NCBI GenBank assembly: GCA_964035545.1
Contig: OZ037768.1
Span: 11,316,741-11,380,740, forward strand
DNA from: Bugula neritina
Taxonomy: Eukaryota > Animalia > Bryozoa
Direction of reading: 5' to 3'
DNA: 64,000 nt
Position 1 is the first letter of the stretch. Each line of letters starts with the position of its first letter. Of the stretch, positions 34,242 through 56,800 are shown piece by piece. A program made the translations under genes and the position numbers. The notes under the pieces were generated by a model that did no database searches, was not told the origin of the DNA, and was given only the letters and a program-made list of their open reading frames with translations.

Positions 34242-36092
34242 GTGTGTGTGTGCATGTGTGTGTGTGCTATAGTCGATAGGTTAAAATGACTATGACGCGT
34301 ATTTAAAATGAATCACTTAAAAATTTGTGTCATAGCATAAAAATATTTTGACCACTAGTATGGTTGGTGTAAGTGGAAATCTTTGTAACTTGCAATTTAG
34401 TGTTAATTTCTTATATTTAAATGGGGAGATATGGTTGTGTTTTCCACTTACCAACTGACAAAGTGCTTCAAATTGATACATGGAGCTCTCCATAACAGCA
34501 TTAACTGTCACTCAAATTGTAAGGACTTTCAATATGCAGATTTTTGTCCCCACAAATTTGTGATAAAATATACTCCAGACCTTAAAACAAATATTTGACT
34601 TGCTATATGCAAGCAGCAAAAGTCCCCTATAATAATGGTAGTTATCTTCTCTTTTAACTAACACAATTTAATAAATTTAGTTCTATGAGAATAAAAAAGA
34701 AATCAGCTTTCTAACCATAACACGGCTTCTAACGATAATAACTGTATAGCTAACACTGCTTGTACAGTTGCGCATACTCTATATTTTATTCTTTGTCACA
34801 TATTGATGCTTTTTAATTGATATTTTATTTAGAATTAATAAAATATAATATCATGCACACATCTCAACCAATGGTATACACTTTATTATGCTATGCACTC
34901 TATACTACTTAGCTTATAGCAAATAAGTATAAGAATTATTTCAATCGCAGAATTAAATCATCGATGTCTGTGTCAACGATATTATGAATTCCATGTGGCA
35001 GCAAAAAGCTGAGTTTGTATGAGGTTTCAGATTGTATGTCTTAGTTCAAAGGATAGAGGTCAGATTCCTCTCAGTTGCTAATTGAATGTTATATTTGCAC
35101 AGCTTATTGTATATTTGGTTACATGTAAATCTATATTATTCTTATCATAATTGCTTGTTTGAGCATTTCTGCAATTGATAACAGTATAACATGACATAGG
35201 TAATGATCTTAAAATGTCAGCTTGCAAGTCCAAGTATATATAGGTGTATGTATTTACACATGCATACATATACAATGGGTTACCAAGGGTGATATGACAG
35301 TGTTACAACTTAACAACTTTCTAAAGGTATAGTTTCCTAACAAGTTATTACGGTATTCTTACATATTGTTCAATTAAACAAAAACATTGACTCCGATATG
35401 AAGAGCTTTATTATATTGCTTTGCTGCAAGAATAGCACGCAAATAGACTATTCATTATATTGAAAATCATTCCTATTGCTCAGCCAGCTTTCATTGCACT
35501 TGCACACAAAATTAAACTTTAATTTGAGTTCAGTCTGAGCAGACACAATGAGCTAGTAACTGAATAATAATTTTGCAGGCTAGAATGTACACAGCCTTTG
35601 CCAGTGGATCAATATTTCCTTATCTCTAGCAGCACCGGTAAGTAGCTTTGTATTAATAACATATTGTATACATATAACTTCTTATCCAGTCAATTTCAGT
35701 GAGACGTCTTATTAATTCGTGTAAATACAATGAATTACTAAATCTAGTCTCAATTCAATTTTATTTGAGTATACATGAGAGGGAGTTTTTCACCAAATTA
35801 ATCCTACTTTACACTACCGTAATTATTATTCTCTTTAATTAAATACCAGTTTGTCAGCATATAAAAGTAGTATGAAATCAAATTTAACTTGCTGTACATG
35901 TATAAAATTTCAAGGGTTATCAACATTTTCAAAAAAGATGTTGAGTTTAAATAACAGCAATGTAGCTATTAGCTATTTAATTCTAATAATCATGTGCATA
36001 ACTAGAATGTATAATAATCTATAGTTTCAACAATTTGAAACTAGTTGTCAAAAGTATTCATATTTCAACAGCCTTGAGCATCTAGAACAGAC

Positions 36093-43467
<7,375 letters not shown>

Positions 43468-44802
43468 CAGCTACACTGAGTGCATCAACAAATATGTTTG
43501 TTTATCATATATATTATGCAATTTACTGGTCTGGTTGAGTAATGAATAAGTATTGATACAGTACGATGGTTACAAGTTGATGTTCTTATAACTGCAACTG
43601 CGGCATATTTTATTGTAAATCTGATTGCAATGCTCATCAATTTAACAAATAGGCTACTTTAATGCTGTATAACTAAACTATGATTAAAAGTGCATTGTTT
43701 GGTGACCACACTGTAGGAGATCACAGCTAAAAATTATTGCCATTTGTTATTTATTTTCTGCAACATCTTCTGTTACTCAATAGTTTAAAATAATATGCAA
43801 TATTTATAGATTTTTTTAATTTAGTTTTAGCTCATTGTCAGAAACTTGACATCTACATAAATAACACATGCAGTATCACAATTACGTTTTGTTGCTATTT
43901 ACCCAACTCAGCTGTTAACATAATTCCAAGTTTCTATAGTAACAACAACAATGAGTGAATAAATAGTTTCCAGGTATAAGTGAAAGTCAAAAGCACATGG
44001 AAAGTACAAAACATTGCCAGTTTCAAACTAATTTGAGTCCTGCACTTAATTAATAGAGCTGGATATTACGTACATTTACTTATATAGACCGGCTATTAGT
44101 AGCTGCTTGATTAATAGCAATTATAACAAATAATCAATTTAGAACTAGTATTCAAATTAATGCGTGCATTATAATTTAGCTTTAAATGTTATAGTTTATT
44201 AAATAAAGCATAACAACAACAATGATCACAGCTTTGGAAAGTTAACAACTGATAATAAGTTAATAATAATATTATCTAACAATATAAGTTTGAACGCTTA
44301 GTTCAATGATAAACTATACAGACAACATACTGATTCAATTATTACACAAAAGTATTAAAAAAGAAGATTCTGTACATAGATGATAGCATTGCATTGCATA
44401 GCAACATTCCATATGGTACAACCGTAAAGCTGATTTAATCGTTCTTTTCGTATCAGAAATAATACTTTTAAAAGAAGACAACTTCAGATTTATGTAAACA
44501 GTTGTACCATAATAGTTATGATAGTTACTTGTATATAGTATAATTATATATATTTATAAAAATATAGTGTAAACAGTATAGCTTTTCATAGTAAGAAAAT
44601 AACTAAAAGCACCTTAAAATCAATTTCCTAAAAGCAAAATAACAATGTTTTGATTGGAAATACTAGCTTTTTTGATTTTTATACTAATTTACAAATAAAT
44701 TAATATATAACTTTTTCAAGCAGTGTTTGATCTACAAAAGTAAAATGGTGTTCTAAAATGAGATTATAAATGGAGAATTTGTTTCAGAAAGTAGTACGAA
44801 GA

Positions 44803-47800
44803 TCATCTCAACTTTGCTCTGTAGATTTGTGTGGTTGCTCCAGCGCCATTAGCATAAATTAAGTAAGTCTGTCGACCATCTTGAATCACTTCCCAGTCAG
44901 CAGCGGGTGCTGCCTCTATTTTATTGGATGGTACAAACTTTTCAGTGCCTTTCCATCGATATATGGTGGTATCTTTAGTTGCCAGTTGGTTGGTGATCTC
45001 ATCAGTCATGTGACCGGGTCTCTGGTTGGAGGCAATCAAGTAACTATCATTCCCAACAGTGAAATACTCCCAGTCAATGATTCTACAAGTTAGACATTAA
45101 GAGTTATTTTGGCCTTTTCAAACTAATGTTTCAAGTGAGTTTTGTTATTGTCTCCCCAAACTGACAACTCAAAAGGAAAGACAACTTGAATGCCAGGCAT
45201 GTATACACTTAGGTTGGTCTACATGAATAATATTCTTACCCATATGTTGGAATTTCTTGAAACACATCGAAGCGTTGAGTGGATTTGTTTGCCTTGTAGA
45301 TCACGGATACAGTATTGTGTCGGCCATTTTGATTGTCTAGTTGAACAGATTTTATACTGTTGGCTACTGCCAGGTATGATTCACCATCAATCTCGAAATG
45401 TTCAAAGTCAGTAGCACCACTTGTCTACAAATAAATAGAAAAAGTTGTCTTGACCAACCTTTAGTCACAGTACGTGTTTATTAGCTAGTAGTTTGAATGT
45501 ATAGCCATCAAAAGTTATATTGAATATTTTCCTAACTTATTCGATTTCTATGAGCAAGTATGTATGTCAATCATGGCATATTAATATGATGAAGACTTCA
45601 ACAATCAAATGTGTCACAGCTCCTATAGCTAAGTGTTTGACAGCCCATTGAAGCACTGTTGTAGTTAAAGACTTGAGGCTAAAAACTGCAAACTGTTTGT
45701 AAAGCTTAAGATAAGGATTTGTTGTTAGAAAACATACAGGTATGTTTTGATTATATTCTTCAAAGTTTCCCACTCCTCCAGCCATCAGCTGATTCCAATA
45801 GTAGATTTTTGATTCCAGCTGAACTTCCTGTTTGCTATTAATTGTATTGGCAACAACCAAAAAATGAAACAAATCCCCTGATTGGCTCAAAGTAGAGAAG
45901 TATGTCCAATCCCAAGCACCAACAGTAGGTATCTTTTGAAACTCTTGAAAAAGTTTTTCATCTTTCTTAAATTTCCAAATAAAAGATCGGGTGGAGTAAT
46001 TATAGGAGGTATCTATAAAAACATAAACAGATTGGGTGAGCAAAGATGTTGTGACATTATAAAGCAATACTTCATTTGCATGCGTTTGATATAGGTTATT
46101 TTCTCAAAGTCTAGAATATATGTTATAATGTTTTGTTATAGACACGAACACACATGTTCAATGTATTGACTGTATGCAGACTTCATTGCAATATAAAAAG
46201 ATCAGTGCACTCGTATTACATCAAACCGCAAACACCGAAAATGCCCGAGAGTTTAATGCAATTTAAGGGTTGTTCACTAGATAATTATGTCAAGATAAGT
46301 ATTAAGTATAGTCTTGATGTAAGAGATAGAGGCTAATGCAGCCATCAGTCACATACTAGCACCATCATAAGAAATAGAATAATAATACCCAGCATTTTAC
46401 TTCAAAATTAGATACACTGGCAAGAATCAGATATAAATTTTCTTAGTGAAAGCATTATTACATGCCTCTATAATTATGGTAGCAATTGCACCAAGCTCGA
46501 ACAGAGATATCTTATATAGAGATTATACTGTTGAGTGCTAACTATAAAAATTAATTAGATGCATTTGAGTTTTAAATATTTTCTTATTGAAATATATCAC
46601 GTATTAAAAAGAAAAATTTTCAAATTATTAGATTAGGAAGCACTTCAAGCTGTTATAGTTATAATTAATAATAATAATTAAATGAGCTGTTAAACTTGCT
46701 TTGATATTAAATAATTGTTTAAATGTTCCTGAAAGGTGAGGAAATATTTGTCAAGAGGTATTTCAAGGTAGCAAACATAAATCAGTGAGTTTCTATTATC
46801 ATGACTTTGATCGACATGGAAATATGCCATCAATAAAGCTACAATGTCAATAATGGCTCATTATGTTTTAATTATGTGCTAAGCAGATAGTTATGAGACT
46901 ATTATATTTCATTGTCTACTGATGTTTAAATATAATAGATTATTGAGTTAAATGCTATGTTTCAATATTGTAAGACTTTTTCTCACCAAACAAGCAGGAA
47001 AAATTTATCAAAAGTTGAACATTTAATAAAATGTCTTGTCAATTTTTACCGTCATAATAGTTTTTAGAATGCACTTGTTACAAGGATTTGTGTTAAAGAC
47101 TCACTATCAGCACTTTGGGAAGCTCTGTGATTGGCTACAGCTAAATAATGGTTGCCATTAATCTCAAAGTACTCCACGTCTCTGGGAACAGAACTGGGGA
47201 GGTCTTGATGAAATTTAAATTTTCTCTTCTTGGTGTGCCATTTATACACAACCACGGACTCCGTAACAGCTTGCTCCGATGACTTCTGCATGTTGGTCAC
47301 AGCTAGATAAAACTGTCAAGAGATATAAATATGATTGGCTGTTGTATTAACATAAGTATCCAGGTCTGCATAAAGCTTCTAGTCGTTGCTTTTAACTATT
47401 TCAGTCATAAACTAAACCCAAACTCAGCAAAAGTTTCCACTGCAATCAGCTCCTCTCTATACAAGTTTGTAAATTTACAATAGTAGCTGTTTTATGTGTG
47501 AGCTTACAACCCACATGAAAAACAATTAATGATCATACTTATTAATTTAAAACAACTATAATAGAACTGTCAGTTTTTAAAACTTATCTAATACCAGAGT
47601 CTATGACTTATAGTTGTGAGATATTTGTTGGCATATAGAAACTATTTATAGTAACTTTTGTTTGGTATTTATATTATTGTGTCAAAGCAAGAAAAATATA
47701 TAATGGTCTATACTTATTAACTAAATGATTCCTGATTGCTTTTCAAATTGCTCTAGAATCATGTTATTAGCACCACCCCAGTTCTAGCAGGCTACTATTG

Positions 47801-50800
47801 AGAGAGAGAGATTTTGGAAATTGTCTTATCAGCATATATGATAATCAGTTAGAAAACAATCCTTTCTATTAGCACTTAGTTATAGAAAATAGCTGAAATA
47901 AGCATCAAAAAGTAATTTGACTTGAAGTTTTTCCTAGCAGCACCAACTATATCTATAGCTGCAACTCCTTTATTATACAAAATTTGAATAAACCAACGTA
48001 CAATCTCATACAACCGTGTTGTACGAAATCCCTAAGTTGAAAGTAACGAAACTAGCATAGACAGCATATTGCAGTTGTAATAGTTTACATCCAAGTTTAA
48101 GCTTTTTCTATATTTTGCTGTATATATTTATTTTTCATTATTAGACTATATTATGATTGGCAATATATTTTAGTGGCTTATCTGTTGGTTCATAAAATAC
48201 AGTAGCTTTATCCGCGCTTATCTTTTAGCTGGTTAGCCTAGACTATAACGTATTTGCATTTCAACTATAAGATATATGCATATATACTTGTACAGATTAG
48301 CAAGGCACTGGCTCTCCTATAAACCTGCCCAACAACCTCTGATAAAACTATTTATCAAGTAACTTGTACAAATTTGAATGGAATCGTGTTAATTTAGTAC
48401 AATCAGATAAAAACTTAATTTAAAGTAAACTGAACGGCCAATATAATGGAAGTTGTAAAGAAAACCTAGCAAGTAGTTTGGATATCTTTTCAAAACTTAG
48501 ATAATATCTTATACTGGATAAAGCAAAGCATTCGCGAGCAGTTTCTATTTACACACTCCAGCACTGTGTGGGGGATCTCAGAAACCACCCGAAATACAAA
48601 TAAACAAAAAATAATTTTGATGAAGTTTTGATACATGAAAATGTGAAATATTATCTAATGTCTAATAAGTAAAATCAATTTATTCTACTCAAGTTTAACA
48701 ATAGGTTTTCAGTATCTATTTAATTGAAGCAACACATAACATGATACATTTGATTGTCATAGCCTTGAAATACAATTTCACTTAAATTGCCCGGATCTTA
48801 AAATTGTTGTCTATAATATCTTTACAACCACCTGCTGGTGGAGCTTACTGATATTTGAGTCAATTCACACTCTATGTGCAAATTAATACTAAGTTAATGC
48901 TAATCATTTTTATATACAAAATAATTTTATCTCATCCTCGTAATATATATAGATATTTTATCTTTGTTCTGAATTTTAAAGAGTTAAACTAAGTAGTGTA
49001 ATAAATAAATCTAATTCCTTGTAAGGGAGCACACATACAAATAAGTTGTCAGACTTTTATTCTAGCTGGTTTTGCATTTGGTTTTATTTTACAATTATTT
49101 GGGAGTTATCTTTTCTCTTCCTCCCAAGCAATAATCGAGCAATATAATATCAGTAATTTAAACTTTAGCAGTGAGATTGCTTGCTTTTTAAATTCACTAA
49201 TTATTTTTCATTAACCTAGCTCCCGCTATGCATTATTATTAGTACGTATAGTATAATAATCTAAAATAAAGTGTTATATCAGTTCTAACTACTTAGTAAT
49301 TAGCTTACACATATATAAATGTACATGTACATAGAAATAATATTATGCATATACATATAATATACATATAACATACATATACATACAAATTATGTAGTTC
49401 AATTTATTATTATTGCATTCAATTTATTATCTATTAACACACTCACAGGACACATGCATATTTTGATTTTTGAATTGTTATCATTATATATAATGCAGAA
49501 GTAACTATTATGCTCATGGCAGGAAAGTCTAACAAGTATGTTCAAGAAAGATCAAAATTATAATCATCATTATCCTATTATGTTTTTAGTAAAATTAAAA
49601 CTTACATGGCGACCAATTTGAAATGATGTCCAAGAAGAAGGACTGTAGGTAGAAATGTTCTGATAAGGCAGCAAGGATTCATTCTCCCATTTGAACATCA
49701 TAGATTTCTGCTTCCTGTTCAACGAATGTTATAGATATTTTAATTAACTGATTATTAAACCATATGGCATTATTATCATTATTGTATTACAGTATTAGTT
49801 TTCACACTATATATGAAGATAATATCTACTACCAGCATACCAGGTTGACCACCACTTACTAACCATCTGCATTAGTATGGCAAAAACCAGCAGTCCATCA
49901 CCATAATTACTCTGCTTACAGGTAGGATAGGGGCTTACTGGAGCCTTCCATGGGCAATTATAGATGGCCATGCAGTGATACAGTGTCATAAATAATGGTG
50001 GCATATGGTTTTGAAATTACATTTAAATCCATAGTCTATATGCATAATGATGATAAAACTGGGCCTGCAGAAAACAAAACTGTCATTTTTGGTTTAAAAT
50101 TACATTAAAGCAATTTAAAATGAATTATAGTGTGTCTTTTAAACTTATTTTTGTGGTTTAGATTGTTTTTTGGAATTTTAAAACTTGGTTAAAATTTAGC
50201 TTTTAGTCAACTCAATACATATAATGACCTTGAACTACAGAGAATTAGTTTTAATAGAGTCGTTGCTAGGTGTTTGCCAGTGCCTTAGTAAGAGCAAAAA
50301 ATAGTTATATGACGGGAGGAAATTTTCAGCTAAATTTACTAGCTATTACATACTCGGAATAAATTCATGTAATAAATTTTAGATTTTATTATTTGTCTAG
50401 CTTAAAGGTTAAATCAAGCTAAGCTGTTCTAATATATTTTAATCATTTTGTTTAATCATAGTTTTACAGGATTTATAGAACTTCTAAAATAAAATTGAAT
50501 AAAAATAATTTTCCTTTTGGTAGCAAAACAGTATAGACTCTATATTATCTTATTTATTAATTAAGTTATGAGAAATAATAAATTCGCTAAACAATTGAAA
50601 TTTTTACTGTGTAATTCTCACACTTAATGTACAGTGAACTGGGTGTAATTAAGTATAAGATGTTGACAATCAGGTAAAAGTATAATTTTCATTTTCATCG
50701 CTATAAATTATATAAATACTGCCTATTTGGCAACTGTCTAGCTACAAGTCATGTGACAACCATTTGGCTTCGACCTAAAGATATATTATTGTTTTCTATA

Positions 50801-53800
50801 ACTGAAGTTTCGTTTTTAGCCGCTGAATATTTTGCACCTGCATGCAGAGTAAGTGCATATATGCAAATTTTCTTTTTATCTTTTTAGTTGTCTGGTGTAT
50901 ACAGAATTATGAGTCCTAAGAAGTTTTTAATTTTATCTCAAATTCCAACTATTTTATGCACTACTAAGTATAGAGCAAGATCACAGCATTCTTAGAAAGT
51001 GGTCAATTTTGTTCTTTTACCAGTAACTCTAGTCAACAATAAACAGTTAGTTAAAAAAAAAATTGTTCTATCCATTTTTTATCTGTTTTATTGAAAATAT
51101 TAGATCAATAATTTAGGAAAATTATATAACTCTATAAGCTGATGCTGGAGTAGCTTTTTAATAATAAAATTTGGACTTACCTTTGGTGGTTGTTGTAGTT
51201 AGCCATGACAACAAACTGTCCCTCTCCTGGTATGGTAAACACATGAATATCTATGGATGGTGCAGGGCCCACCACTTGTTGATGTTCAACAAAGTAATCC
51301 AACTGAGGAACGGGTTGCATCAAATTACTAGGAGCTGCAAATAGAACACACAAGGCTACCACAGGTTGGTTTACTACTCAGGAAAGATTACATGGGGCTT
51401 CTAAATGCTGCATTCAAATAAAGAAAAATGCTCAGCATATTATTACAATACTGTAATTTATCAAAAGTTTCAAAACCTATTATATCTCAAATTTACAAGT
51501 TTTAAATAAAAATTGTTCTAAATATAAGATGATGCATGCAACATATTTAAAGCTACGAGACATACAATGTTGAACATTTTAGCAGCCTCCAAATTGGCAA
51601 AACAGATCACGGTCATGCAGCTCGTAACTTATATAACCCTTCAAATGGAACAAATTTAAAATGTACATAAGGCAGCTTACATAATATTTGTACTTTATTA
51701 AAGCATAAGCTGTGATTTAAATTCATTATCAAGTTATTTCACATGAAGTTAGCTTATAGAAAAGATATCTGTAGCACTTTTCTTTGGAAGAAAAACAATT
51801 TTCTAGTGCCTAAATACTATGAAATTATTTGAAATTACACTATGCAGGGCTTACAATGTGCAGAGCTGATAAACCACTCTGGTCTCAATCAGTACATCAT
51901 TTAAATGTACTCTGGCAGAAGCATTAGTGTCTTTAAAGTAAACCTTAAGAAATATGCCGCACAAAGTTGGAGTTAATACACTGCAATTCATTTTTATAAT
52001 AAAATATTTCACTGGAGGCAAGTTTATTGATATTACTATAAGAGGAAATAGGTGTATAGAACCGGTGAAAAGTATATTTATAACTAACCCTACGATGCAT
52101 CATTTTACTAGCTTTTAAAGTCTACACAACGCTTTGCTGAAATGCCAGTAAAACAAATAATTATACTTCTAGTAAAAGTTTTCAAGATCAAAACTAAAAT
52201 TTATTTAGTAAAACAAACACTTTTAATCATAGTAGCTTATATTATTATAATATTATAACATTGAGTTTATATTTTACTATACCACAATGCATTATAGTCG
52301 CGCAAGAAAACAGCAGCAACAAAATTATATTATAATGTTATAAGATAAGACAACAGATAATAAATTACAAATTTTATTGCAGTTCTGGCCTAAATATGAT
52401 AAATTACAGCAGATTTTTCTTAGCATCTTTTACAAAACAACCCATACTACATAAATTAGCATTTTCTGCATATTTCTGCATATTAACTGAATCCTGGATC
52501 TCTTTACTTAAATATCAGCTGCATCTTTTTAAAAGTAAAGACTATTTTCTAGCACTTTGCATTTGCTATGTAAGATAAAATTTATCTCATGATCAAGAAT
52601 CGCATCCTAATGGTGCAGACAGTATTCCATATGATCAATTGTCTTAAAATTTCTTGAAGTTAAAAAGAGTTGATAAAAATAAAAATCTTTAAATGAGTTA
52701 ACCAAAGGGATAATGTTTTTAAGAAAATAACTTTAAAAACACCTTTCAAGGTCTAGCACATTTTAATACAACAAAACTTCAAAATGTATTTTAAAAGCAC
52801 TTCGTTTTAAGGCTATCTAGCAATTAATTATTAATTTATAAATAATTTCTCATTTAAAAGACTGCAAATTTTTTAAAGATGTTTATTACATCCATTTTTC
52901 TAGTAAGCATATTATAAATATATTACATGATTTTTACACCAAAGCTGCAACAAATTATGTCAAATAAGAATTTTATCCACTTGTTAGGCACTGAAGGATA
53001 TGTAATTACAATTCACTTATCTCTACTTGAGAGATTTCTCAGAACATTTTGCCAAAAATAATTAAAAGTTTAGTCATAGATGTCTGACAATGTGCAGGTT
53101 TAAAGATCAATGGCTCAAATATTTGGCAGGTTTCAAAGTATATCAAATCGTGAAAGGAATAAAGTACCACAGGTGCTGTTCGTTTTTTATCTTACACAAC
53201 AATAGCATAAAACTCAAATAGTATAAATACAGTCCATACTTTGGTTTTTCTTTTTGTTAAATAGGCCAATTATTTTGACTGGTTGTAGACATATTTTGAT
53301 AAAAAGCTCAAACGGCTAAAATCTATCTGCTCTTTGAAGTAACTGGAACGCATAAAATTATCACCAGCTAGTTTTTGTAAATACAAAATAATATACTCAT
53401 TAACAGGTTTGTACAAGTGTGGTAATTCTATCATTTGATATTCACCTAATCCTAATAATTATTATGCTGGTATCAGTATATCACTAGAGTTATCTTACCA
53501 GTTTGTGAAGTCTTTGCATCTTTCCAAGTACCGCTGTGACAGACTTTCAGCTGCTGCGTGTAAATATCATACCACATTTTGCCCGTCTCCTGCCATTTGC
53601 ATTCCGCATCGTATGGTATTTGATAGGATACTTTGTAGGGGCCATCTGCAATACAGTGTTATCAGTACAGATAAATAGTATTATGCACTTCTAGTATGTA
53701 TTGTAAGTACACATAGCGGTGCCAACAGATAGCGGTACATAAAAATTAATTCTCCAACAGATGTAAATAGCAACCAGAAATCATTTAGCTACTTTTTCAA

Positions 53801-56800
53801 GTTTCAGAAACTGATAATAAAAAAGCTCAGTTTGATGAATCTCGTACTCTTATAATATTATTGTACTAGCTTTGCTATTTATATCAAAGAGAAAATATAG
53901 CTACATGAACTATTTTGCATGTCTTAGAAGAGTTTAGTATTACAAAAATTTGCTGTTTGCATGTAAACAGAATGTTAAAAATTTGTGACTTAAGGTCATG
54001 TGTTTCTGAACTTTAGAATTTAGTTCATACATTACTTAAAATGTTTTTATATATTTACATATAGAAAACTTCATGCTCAAAGACACTCATTTTGATTGGA
54101 TACACAAGCAATTTATGAGCACGCTTGTCTAACTTACCTTTAAATCAATATAATTTTCATTACTGCAGTTTGTTTCTCAAAATAAGCTAATTTTAGACCA
54201 GAATAGGAATAAGTTCTGATAATATTCTGATACTTTTACAATTGCTGATAATTGAGAAATTAAAAAATAACACGAAAATTTAGTTAAAAGAGAAATTTCA
54301 TGAGAACCATGGATTAAATTTTTTATTGCATTCAGGTTACAATGCCTAAGAATGAGTACACTATATTAATCTTCATTAACCCATTAAAGAACAGGTTTAA
54401 TGAATAATCAATTAGAGCAAAGTTAAATAAAGCCAATACCGCAGCTGAAACAGGACGTATAACGCTTTATACTACTATAAAACAATAATTGTAACATAAC
54501 TAATAGAATTATCAAGTCCACAATATTTAGAATTAGTGTAATGCTTTGAATGCAGATTTAAGTATTCCATGTGTTTTAAATTAGGGTTCAATTTATTTAA
54601 CGTAAATTTACTTAATTGCAAAATAAATACTTATGCTATGTGACTTTTATTCAACTATTATCAAGTATCACTTTTTAGAAAACATTATTTATTTTGTTTA
54701 TTATTTTATAATGAGATTATAGCATTAAAAAAATAAATAAAGCTATAATATTATCCCGTAGAACTCACTGGCCTCCATCATCTGCACGTCTGGTTGTCTA
54801 GATATACTTGGTAGAGATGGTGTTTCATTAGGACAAGCTAACTTTCCTGCATCTGCACCTGGTAGCACGAGAAGCTGTTTAATCATGCCCTGAAGTAATA
54901 AGACCATGTATGAGAAATGATGTTACCCAGTGCAAAGGCATACATACAATTTGTCAGTTATATAAGATACCAGAGTTACAATGAAATTAGAGGAAATATC
55001 TTATAGATTTTTGCAATTATATAACAGTTATTGGACACTATCAGTGTGCATAGCTAACAAACAAAACTGTTATTATCTGCTAATAAATAGGATAATTGTA
55101 GGCATATTATAATACGTCTATAATAATCTAATCTACGTATATTATAATGATTAACCAACACTTTAAAGCTGAGTTTCAGAACCACCTGTAATATACTTGT
55201 ATCACCCATGATTTGCAGTAAAAGAATGTTAAATACCATATAATTTATTTCCTTATTTTATACCATGAACTCAACTTTCATTGAAAAATTCATGTCTATT
55301 TTATCAATGCAGTTAGCCGAAAGTCAAAATCTTTGAAAATGAAAACACTCTTTGATCTAAAAGAATAATCAATCAAAATATTATTTCTACTGTCACATTT
55401 GTTTGGGCACACTCAGGTGTTCTACGAATGCTTTAGAGATGATATCAGTTATGTCACTTTACCGTTTTTATCTTGCATAGTCAGGTCTTGAATAAAATTG
55501 AAACAGGTACTGTACAATAAACACAAGCCTTAAGACTCAGTAGGTTATGAGTATTTTATGGAGTATAATTATAAGATTAAACTTCTGAGCTACAGTAATA
55601 TTAGGTGTTATGAGAGATTATCTGCTGAGATTACTACGTTTATTAATTGTAAGTAAAATGTAAAGATTGGTAGATTGCTTTTCATTCTTGGTTGTTTCAA
55701 GCCCGTCAATATACAACCCTGTACAAAGACATTGCTATGAGGTTGAAAATTGTAAATTAATTTAATAATTTATCGGTTATCAGGCAAAAAAAACTAGCCC
55801 ATGGTTAGTTTAGGTTTGTCATAGACTCACAGTTCTACTGATTGCTTAAGAATTAAAATAAAGTTGGTGAAAAATTTATGAACTACAAAATGATAATTTT
55901 GCATTGCTTTTCTGTATTTGAAATTTTATGGTGACACATGGTGGAGCAGGACTTCATTGAAGTAATATATTCACAGTTACTAAGTTTCTATAATACAAAT
56001 TGGTCTAGTTGATAAGATCAAAGGTAATAAATGATTTATAAGGTATGGCACAAACCACTATGTCAAGCACTGTGATCACAATTCATGCAGTTACTTCGTA
56101 ACCCAAGTCTAGCGTCTATACAAACATTGTGTTCTGCCCACGATGGGTGTAGTAGCACTGCCCCACAATATTTTTTCAAGTTTTTTAAATTGCTATAGTT
56201 TTGGTTGGCAAATTAACCTTCAAAGTAGTATTAGTCAGGCACTGGTTTTTTCCACTTCAACTTAACTTCCTGAAACAATAAATGTCCCATACACTCGAGT
56301 TGGCAATAATAACTATTAAAGCCAAATTATGAAAAGTTAAATTTTATAAACAAATGCATTTATTATTGCACATTCAAATTTATTAGCTACAAAAAATGCA
56401 TTCGAGTTGTTGTGTTTTATTGAAGTTAGTTCAAGTCACAAATACATCTTTAAGGAAATTTGTAACATGGAAATGAAAAGGTCAATTCAAATCCTCAAAC
56501 CACAAATCTAGGAAATGATGGGTTACTACTCATAACCGAAATTGGAATACAAATCTATTCTATCTTATGATTGCATACGACTTTCAAATAGCCGGGTTTT
56601 TAACAGACCAGTCCTTGTTTTATATAAAACAATAAATTTTAAAACTTGTAAAAAACATTACCAGCCATTATTTTAATGTTGGAATTGTTTGAGTGTTCCT
56701 TAATTTCACTTTTAACTGTGCTAGACTGTCATTGTATTAGTAATTAGATCATTTCAAAAATATACTGAGGTTATGTAAGTTATTTGATTATTCACTCATT

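Noticed and set aside
49807-50066. Additional TSPEAR exon or independent ORF in the intron
   Set aside because: Splice-like signals exist, but the required phase hits a stop and the flanking exons already join in frame.
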